Source: Rebecca billardiae RCC1528
Lineage: Eukaryota > Protista > Haptophyta
Assembly: GCA_965240325.2 (NCBI GenBank)
Contig: OZ251251.1
Coordinates: 496,001 to 560,000, forward strand
Direction: 5' to 3'
DNA length: 64,000 nucleotides
Shown here: piece after piece, positions 57,193 to 64,000 of the stretch
How the letters are laid out: every line of letters begins with the position of its first letter
How positions within the stretch are numbered: the first letter of the stretch is position 1
The notes under the pieces: generated by a model
The model's input: the letters and a program-made list of their open reading frames with translations, nothing else
What the model was told of the DNA's origin: nothing
The model's database searches: none
Position numbers and translations under genes: made by a program

Positions 57193-57986
57193 CAGTCCTC
57201 TCAACAATAAATTACCCTATGGACAGCACACCTGCACATCACACCTTCTCCTGGCCGCCTAGGCTTGCATGACGGGCACCTGCGGCCCCAGCACTCTCCA
57301 TTCGGTCGAGCTGCACCCGCCCATCATGACTTCAGCCGGGTGAGTGACAATTGGAGGACTCCTCTGGGCAGCACGTGAAGCCGGCCAGCTCGGACGTGAC
57401 AGTGGCCGACAGGCTCTCGACTGGCTCCCACACCCCTTTCAGCCCAGCTTGTAGCACAGCGCGCCGCTGATTTTCGGCGGAGCCTCGTGTGCTGTGCTAC
57501 AGGGCATACCCAATCAGCAGGTGGGCCGCTGGCAGGCTAGGTGCATCTGGTGCACTGTGGTGGCCATTCCCCGACCCCCACCCGCAGAGACGTGGCCTGC
57601 GCACTGAAACCGCACTGCTCACGCCAGGCTGTGCTGCTAGGCTGGCTGCTAGGCAGTATCAAAGGCCATCCAGCTGCAGCGCCAGGGCCCACTATACAGC
57701 TGCTACACTCCCAGCCAGCCAGCCCACAGCCTGCTCAGGGGGTGAATTTCCATCCCTGCCTGCCCTCGTGGTGGTCCAGCACCCCCGCGCAGCACCCGTC
57801 AGCCGGTTGTGCACCTGCATTCAATTTATCTGACTGACTCAGCCCACACACCCGCCCAGCTCATACCCACCTGGTCTGTGAGGGCTATAGGTGCAGTAAC
57901 AGATAGCATGCAGCAGTGGGCCTCAAACAGTGACTGAGCTGGTATAGACAGCCAAACACAAGGGTAACCAATTGTTGAGGGGACTG
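57193..57986 (-). mobile_element. Non-autonomous Tc1/mariner/pogo-like element, copy 2 (794 bp, intact ends)
   Basis: TA|CAGTCCTCTCAACAAT ... ATTGTTGAGGGGACTG|TA. No transposase ORF. Confidence 0.92.
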
Positions 57987-58072
57987 TAGAAGCCAATCGT
58001 AGTGGACCACAGATGTCGTGGATCGTGATGGAAGCAGAGCAGTGACGAACTACTACCGCCGCCGTGAGCACG

Positions 58073-59560
58073 ATGGCGGCGGAAGACGCGCGCTCGCTGA
58101 ACGACCTGCCACCCGAGGTCATCGGTCGCGTGCTCGGCTTCCTGGAGCACTGGCGGGATCTTGGAGCCGCCAACGCCGCCTCGCGCCTCTTTCGCGGTGC
58201 GCCGGGCGGCCACTCGCCCGTCGAGCACGCGCTGCGCGAGCGCGCGCGCTCGCGTGGCCACGCGCGTGCGTTGCCAGGCGAGGTCCCGGCTGTTGGCGAT
58301 CACACGTGGACGGCGGAGCTGCTCGCCCGTGAGTGCGTGCGCGAGCTCGCCTGTGCGCACGCGCTGCCCGTCGCTGCGTGCAGCTTCAAGCTCGCGAGCG
58401 CGTTTGTCGACGCGGACGGCGCGCTGCTGACGTGTGGCGAGCAGGAGACGTCGGCAGCGACCGAGTGCCCCGCGTCGATCGGCCAGCCGGACGCGCACGG
58501 CGCGAGCGTGCGCGTGCCGACGCGTGTGAGCTCGCTCCAGGCGGTGCGCATGTGCGCGGTCGCCGCGGGCCACGACCACCTGCTCGCGCTGAGCGCCGCC
58601 GGCACCGTGCACGCATGCGGCGCCAACCGCCACGGCCAACTGGGGCTGGGCGACAGCGAGCCGCGCCGCTCGTTCGCGCCACTGCGCTCGATCGCCGGCG
58701 AGCTGCTCGTGGCCGTGGCCGCGGGGTCCCGCCATAGCCTCGCGCTCACCGCGGCGGGCGGCGCGTACAGCTGGGGCTACAACGACTGCGGCCTGCTCGG
58801 CCACGGCGACAAGGAGGAGCGGTGGGAGCCGACGCGCATCGAGGCGCTGGACGGCGTGCGCGTGGGCGGGATCGCGGGGGGATACGCACACACGCTGCTG
58901 CTCGAGGGCAGCGGCGACGTCTACTCGTGCGGCGTGGGCCACTCGGGGCAGCTCGGGCACGGCGAACTGAGGGAGGAGCGCACGCCGCGGCGCATCGAGG
59001 CGCTCGCGGGCGTGCGCGCAGTGCACGTGAGCGCAGGCACGCGGCACAGCCTGGTGGTGGACGCGGAGGGCGGCGTGCACTCGTTCGGCAGCGGCTCGGT
59101 CGGCTGCCTTGGGCACGGGCAGGTAGAGCCGCCGTCCAACCAGCCCGAACCCATGCGCATCGCGGCGCTGGCACGCGTGCGCGCCGTGCGCGCCAGCGCC
59201 GGCGGCGGCACGAGCGCGGTGGTGAGCGCAGACGGCGCCGTGCACACGTTCGGGTACAGCCGGCTCGGCGTGCTCGGCCAGGCCAACTGCGGCAGCATGC
59301 ACTTTGCCCCCGCGCCCGTGCTCGCGCTGGCGGGGCAGCGCGTGCTGGGCTGCTCGCTCGGCGACTACCACGCGCTGTACGTGACGGCGGACGGGTCGGT
59401 GCACGCGAGCGGCAGGCAGTCGGCCGCGCTCGGCCGAGGGCTGAGCGCTGCGGGTGGTCGCTCCGATCGCTGCCTCAAGGAGCCGGCCCGGGTCACTGGG
59501 CTGCTGGTGGCGTGCGTGGCAGGCCTGCCGGCGCGCGGTGCGTCCGGTATAGGCTACTAG
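58073..59560 (+). CDS. F-box + RCC1-repeat protein
   Basis: SLNDLPPEVIGRVLGFL F-box. Repeated VAAG..H.LAL...G.V...G.N..GQLG.G blades. Confidence 0.92.
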   Translation: MAAEDARSLNDLPPEVIGRVLGFLEHWRDLGAANAASRLFRGAPGGHSPVEHALRERARSRGHARALPGEVPAVGDHTWTAELLARECVRELACAHALPVAACSFKLASAFVDADGALLTCGEQETSAATECPASIGQPDAHGASVRVPTRVSSLQAVRMCAVAAGHDHLLALSAAGTVHACGANRHGQLGLGDSEPRRSFAPLRSIAGELLVAVAAGSRHSLALTAAGGAYSWGYNDCGLLGHGDKEERWEPTRIEALDGVRVGGIAGGYAHTLLLEGSGDVYSCGVGHSGQLGHGELREERTPRRIEALAGVRAVHVSAGTRHSLVVDAEGGVHSFGSGSVGCLGHGQVEPPSNQPEPMRIAALARVRAVRASAGGGTSAVVSADGAVHTFGYSRLGVLGQANCGSMHFAPAPVLALAGQRVLGCSLGDYHALYVTADGSVHASGRQSAALGRGLSAAGGRSDRCLKEPARVTGLLVACVAGLPARGASGIGY

Positions 59561-60407
59561 TATATATATATATAGCAGTTCGATCGCCGGCGGCACTTAT
59601 TATTCAGCGCGCGACGATCCGGAGAGCCTTATTGCCCTTATTCATGCTGTGAAGTGTGATGCCACTAGTGTGCCACTCAGACTCAGCGAGCCAGGGCAGA
59701 CCGATATAGGCGATATACGTACGCCGCCGTGCCCGTATACTACGGAGTGATGACGGAGTCTATAATGCCAAGTACACTGCTATACTGCAGAGCGGTAAGG
59801 CTCCGTCACACGCCTAGAGAGTAGCGCTGAGAGGCTGCAGAGGCGAGAGAAATCGAGAGACGGAGAGTAAGCAGTAGTACTGATGTAGCAGACGAGATGA
59901 GAGACGACGAGGCAGAGGCAGAGCTAGAGTACGACTGAATATCGGAGTTTAGAGTTAGTGATAGAGTAGTAGCAGACCGTAGTCGTGAACTGAGCGGCGC
60001 AGCCTCGGCGCCGCGCAGCAGCAGCCTTATACGACTCAAGACGGTCACGGCGGATGCGCTGGCAGCTGCGCGCGGCCGGCGGACGACTCTGCATGCGCGC
60101 GCTGCTGGCTAGTAACTACCAGTGATGATATGCTGCTGTAGTGAAGTAGCAGCAGTGTGAGATACATCGGCCCCGGGACGCGGCGCGGAGCGGAGTGAGG
60201 CGCTCGTCCGCTCTGCGGGCACCGAGTGTCGGCCCGGTCAGCGGAGACGGCCGTCAGAGGCCGGACGATGCTAAGGTCGGAGTAGCTGACGAGCACGCAA
60301 ACCTGCTGAAGCAGTATAGCAGTCCGGCTTGCTATGCCTACGCTACATCACTAGCTGCTATACTGATTAGTCTGCTCGTCTTACGTGTGCCGTACGACGT
60401 CAGCAGC

Positions 60408-61550
60408 TTACGGCGACGTTGCCGACGGCACATACACGGGCGCCGGCCCGACGGGCGTCGTCTCGAGCGCCCAGTCTCGAGGATCGTCGACCCTTCCCTG
60501 CAGCGCGAAGAAGCCACGTGGGGGCCGCCCAGGCTCGCCGCTGAACATCGTGGCGTTCGCCTCGGCGATGAGCCGAGCGAGGGCCAGCGGGCTCCAGCCA
60601 AGGCGCGCCGGGGTGCCGACCCGCGCGTGCTCCTCAGGCAGCGGGCTCGGGTGCACGCGCGGGTACCACGGGCCGGCGAGGGGGTCGCCCTCGCGGAGCC
60701 CGTGCGGCGCGAGCGCCGGCGCGTGCGCGAAGGTCCACGGGATCGGCCCCGTGAGCCGGTTGGGCCCAAAGGCGAAGCGCACACCCTCGCTCGCGACATA
60801 TCGAAGCTGCACGCTGCGCCGCCGCCAGCACGCGCGGCCGGCGGTGGTGTGGTTGACGTCCGCGTGGTGCACGAGCACGTCGCCGATGCGCATCCGCGGC
60901 TCGACCAGCTCGCCCGGCCTGCGCACGCCGCCCGCCTGCGAGCCCGCCTCGTAGATCAGACCGTCAGAGTCGCCGTCGATCGGCGCCAGGTACACATTGA
61001 ACACAGCGCTGCGAGCCTCGGGGGGGAAGGGCGCGGCGACGGAGTCGCGGTGCCATGCGGGCTGGCACGTGGGCGAGTCGGCGCCCGCGTGGAAGATCAG
61101 CTCGGCGTTGTACAGCCGCACCTCGGGCGCGCGCAGCAGCTGCGCCGCCCACGCGCCGAACGGGCCATGGACGGCAAAGTCGCGCATCAACGCCGAGCGC
61201 GTGTGAATCATGTGCTCGTAGCGGCGGTAGAAGCGGAGGACGTAGCGGGCGATGAGCGAGGTCATGAGCGTGTTCGGCAGGGCCTCGAGCTCGCGATCCA
61301 GCTCGGCGACCAGCTCCCGCGACAGCCGCGCGGGCAGCACGACCGCGCCATCGCGATCAAACGCCGCGAGCTCGTCGGCGGTGACGGCGCGCGCGCTCAC
61401 GTTGGACCAGTCGACGCTGGGCTGGCAGCCCGGGCAGTTGGCGAGGTCGAAGGTGCACCACCACACCGACCTGCCCACGCCGACGACGGCGAGTGCCGCG
61501 GCCAGCGTGATCACCCCGCCGCAGCCTGCGAGCCTTCGCGCGACTCCCAT
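60408..61550 (-). CDS. PhyH-family Fe(II)/2-oxoglutarate dioxygenase with N-terminal anchor
   Basis: ELAAFDRDGAVVL, WHRDS (HxD), GDVLVHHADVNHTT (distal His), RRRSVQLRY. Confidence 0.88.
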   Translation of the reverse strand: MGVARRLAGCGGVITLAAALAVVGVGRSVWWCTFDLANCPGCQPSVDWSNVSARAVTADELAAFDRDGAVVLPARLSRELVAELDRELEALPNTLMTSLIARYVLRFYRRYEHMIHTRSALMRDFAVHGPFGAWAAQLLRAPEVRLYNAELIFHAGADSPTCQPAWHRDSVAAPFPPEARSAVFNVYLAPIDGDSDGLIYEAGSQAGGVRRPGELVEPRMRIGDVLVHHADVNHTTAGRACWRRRSVQLRYVASEGVRFAFGPNRLTGPIPWTFAHAPALAPHGLREGDPLAGPWYPRVHPSPLPEEHARVGTPARLGWSPLALARLIAEANATMFSGEPGRPPRGFFALQGRVDDPRDWALETTPVGPAPVYVPSATSP

Positions 61551-61695
61551 GGGCTCGAATGCTCGATTCTCGGATTCCGTCCTCGCGCCCACTTCCGGTG
61601 CTGCAGTGTGCACCGGTCGCTCGTCTCCCCTGCGTCGCCTCGGCGAAGCCTGCGCCTGGCGAGCGGTGGGGAAGCCGCAGACAGTTGAAGGCAGC

Positions 61696-62229
61696 ATGGA
61701 AGACGGCGGCGCGCACATGGACGACGGCGACATGGCGATGCCGATGGGAGACGACGGGATGATGATGGACGGCGACGGCGGCGGCAGCATGGGGATGTAC
61801 TTCCACGCGAAGGTGCCCGAGGTGCTGCTCTTCCGGCAGGTCGTTCCCGCCAGCATGGCGCAGTACGTCGGCGTGTGCTTCCTGCTCGTCGCGATCGCGT
61901 TCGGCAACGTCGCGCTCAAGGCGTGGCGCGTGCGGCTGGAGGGCGCGCTGCTGCAGGCGCAGCTCAGCAGCACCACGTCAGCGCTACTTCCCAAAGAGCG
62001 CCCCTCCTTCCCCGCGGCCGACAACGCGCGCCGCGCGGCGCTGTCGCTCGCGGTGATCACCACCGACTACTCGCTCATGCTCGTGGTGATGACGCTCAAC
62101 GTCGGCTACTTCTGCTCGGTGGTCGCCGGGCACGCGCTCGCGACATTCTGCCTGGGCCACATGTTCATCACGCCCGGCATCGGTGCGAGCAACGCGCTCA
62201 TCGAGCACAACCTGCCGTGCTGCGAATGA
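61696..62229 (+). CDS. Ctr/COPT-family copper transporter
   Basis: Met/Asp-rich N-terminus, MGMYFH, LLF, three hydrophobic helices, YSLMLVVMTLN (MxxxM), C-terminal CC. Confidence 0.92.
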   Translation: MEDGGAHMDDGDMAMPMGDDGMMMDGDGGGSMGMYFHAKVPEVLLFRQVVPASMAQYVGVCFLLVAIAFGNVALKAWRVRLEGALLQAQLSSTTSALLPKERPSFPAADNARRAALSLAVITTDYSLMLVVMTLNVGYFCSVVAGHALATFCLGHMFITPGIGASNALIEHNLPCCE

Positions 62230-62810
62230 CACGGGCGGGGACAGGCTGGCGCACAACCTGTGCGGGGGACGGGTGTGCGGCCGTGGCTGCTGAGGCGAGG
62301 ACTCGGTGGCGTACTGCGAGTGCAGCGGGTCTTGGATAGGCGGGCGCATGGTGGTGGCACCAGCGGCGCTGCGCAGAGCAACGCATGCAACCAGTGTGCA
62401 GCAGCGGGAAGGCGTGCGCGTCCGCGCGCCCCGTCTCGCCGGTCACCGTGACCAGTGAGTACTCCGCGCCGCCCGCACGGCTGGACTGAAGTCACGACGG
62501 CCTTATTCGACCATACACCAGTGCCGGGTGAACATTGAAGCTGCCTCAGATGCTGCGGCACGCCACGCTACTCAAAAGCAGCGTGCGCAGCACCCGCGTT
62601 GTCAGCAGCACTGCGCAGTGCATTCTGTCACTCATCTACGGTGCGGCTTCACATCGAGAGGAAACATTGCGACAGCACTGGCACGTCATCGTCCCGCCGC
62701 CGAGCGACCCCCCGCACGCCAGGGCACAGTCGTTTTCTACGACTTTTCTTTTCAACGGCCGCCCGGTACAGATCTACGATCGGGACGACGAAGCCGCGCG
62801 GAACCCGCCG

Positions 62811-64000
62811 ATGGCGATGGGTCGGCACACGCCGCGCTGCAACGCGTTCCCGTCGTCCTGGACCCTGCACGTGCGGCCGAACCTGCAGCGGCGCCGATGG
62901 AAGCACGCCGAGGCGCAGCGCGCGGCGGGCCTCGGCAGCGCCATCTCCTTCGGCGCCTCCACCGAGCGCCGCCTCGAGACGCTCGCGGTCTTCACGTTCT
63001 CGCTCTACCTGCTGCTGCCGCTCATCGCGCTGTGCTGGAGCGGCGCGGTGTTCGCGCTGCTCGACGCGCGCGTGCTACCGGTGGTGCTGACGTACCTCGT
63101 CTGGGTCTTCCTCTTTGACACCTCGCCGACCGACGGCTCGCGCCGCGCGGTCCTGCGCGGGCGCGGCGCCGCCGGCAACTGGTGGCGCCGGTACTGTGAC
63201 TACTTCCCAGTCACCCTGGTGAAGACGGCGGCGCTCGATCCGAACGGGCGGTACGTGGTCGGCTTCCACCCGCACGGCGTCATCTCCATCGGCGCGTTCG
63301 CCTGCTTCGCGACCAACGGCGCGCGCACGCTCGACCTCACGCTCGGCGAGGGCACGGCGCGGCTCGACCGGCGCGGCCCGCTCGCCCTCTTCCCCGGCGT
63401 CGAGTTCAAGCTGCTCACGCTCGCGATGAACTTCCTCGTGCCGTTCGCGCGCGAGTACATCCTCTGGCTCGGCTGCCTCAACGCGTCGAAGCGCACCTTC
63501 CGCAGCGCGCTCGCCGCCGGCCCGCCCGGCCGCGCCCTCGTCATCGTGCCCGGCGGCGCGGCCGAGTCGATGGAGGTCGAGCCTGGCGCCATCTCCCTCG
63601 TGCTCAAGAACCGGAAGGGCTTTGTGCGCGAGGCCGTGCTCGCGCGCGCGGCGCTGGTGCCGTGCCTCGCGTTCGGCGAGACCTCCCTGTACAACGTGTA
63701 CCACCCGGCGCCCGGCTCGTGGCTGCACTGGCTGCAGGATGGCGTCTACAAGCGCACGCACGTCGGCATGCCGCTCTTCAGCGGCCGCTCCATCTTCTAC
63801 AAGGACGCCGGGCTGATGCCGTGCCGCCGGCCCATCGTCGTCGTCGTGGGCGCGCCGCTCGCGCCCCCGCCGCCCGCCGGCGACCTGCGCGGCGCCGTCG
63901 ATGCGCTGCACGCCCAGTACGTCGCGGCGCTGCAGGAGCTGTACAACCGGCACAAGGACGCGCCATGGAACGTGCCCTCCCTACAGCGCACAGGCTCCTT
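62811..64000 (+). CDS. DGAT2: Diacylglycerol acyltransferase type 2 / MGAT family (3' end beyond window)
   Basis: Open frame absent from the ORF track because no stop is reached: RRLETLAV, DYFPVTLVKT, GFHPHG, PGGAAES, LKNRKGFVR, LVPCLAFGE, RPIVVVVGAP. Confidence 0.93.
   Translation, partial: MAMGRHTPRCNAFPSSWTLHVRPNLQRRRWKHAEAQRAAGLGSAISFGASTERRLETLAVFTFSLYLLLPLIALCWSGAVFALLDARVLPVVLTYLVWVFLFDTSPTDGSRRAVLRGRGAAGNWWRRYCDYFPVTLVKTAALDPNGRYVVGFHPHGVISIGAFACFATNGARTLDLTLGEGTARLDRRGPLALFPGVEFKLLTLAMNFLVPFAREYILWLGCLNASKRTFRSALAAGPPGRALVIVPGGAAESMEVEPGAISLVLKNRKGFVREAVLARAALVPCLAFGETSLYNVYHPAPGSWLHWLQDGVYKRTHVGMPLFSGRSIFYKDAGLMPCRRPIVVVVGAPLAPPPPAGDLRGAVDALHAQYVAALQELYNRHKDAPWNVPSLQRTGS

Noticed and set aside
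60408-64000. PhyH-Ctr-DGAT2 as a lipid biosynthetic cluster
   Set aside because: No pathway logic links the three; adjacency is expected in a compact genome.

Overview
Very GC-rich, gene-dense eukaryotic DNA with GT-AG introns filled with GC-rich and (CA/TG)n repeats. Several proteins carry bipartite signal+transit-like leaders, so a haptophyte-type alga with a secondary plastid is inferred. Recognisable genes are tRNA-Asn(GTT), a single-exon ViaA(VWA)-RavA(MoxR AAA+) fusion with a plastid-type leader, a RING-less TRIM-like protein, an insulinase (M16A), a 6TM CNBD-family channel with non-canonical filter and binding pocket, a SAM+ARM protein, IFT56/TTC26, a Csm1/Pcs1-like protein, an F-box-RCC1 protein plus a pseudogene relative, a PhyH dioxygenase divergent from a Ctr copper transporter, and a DGAT2 cut by the window end. 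Intergenic DNA holds several DNA-transposon derivatives: a 2.9-kb TIR element with an intact 3-exon orphan gene and ~72-bp flanking direct repeats, a foldback MULE-like element (395-bp TIRs, 9-bp TSD) with an older nested relative, and several TA-flanked Tc1/mariner-like elements. Comparing repeat copies shows pervasive short duplication-type insertions. All calls were made by eye; no database searches were run.
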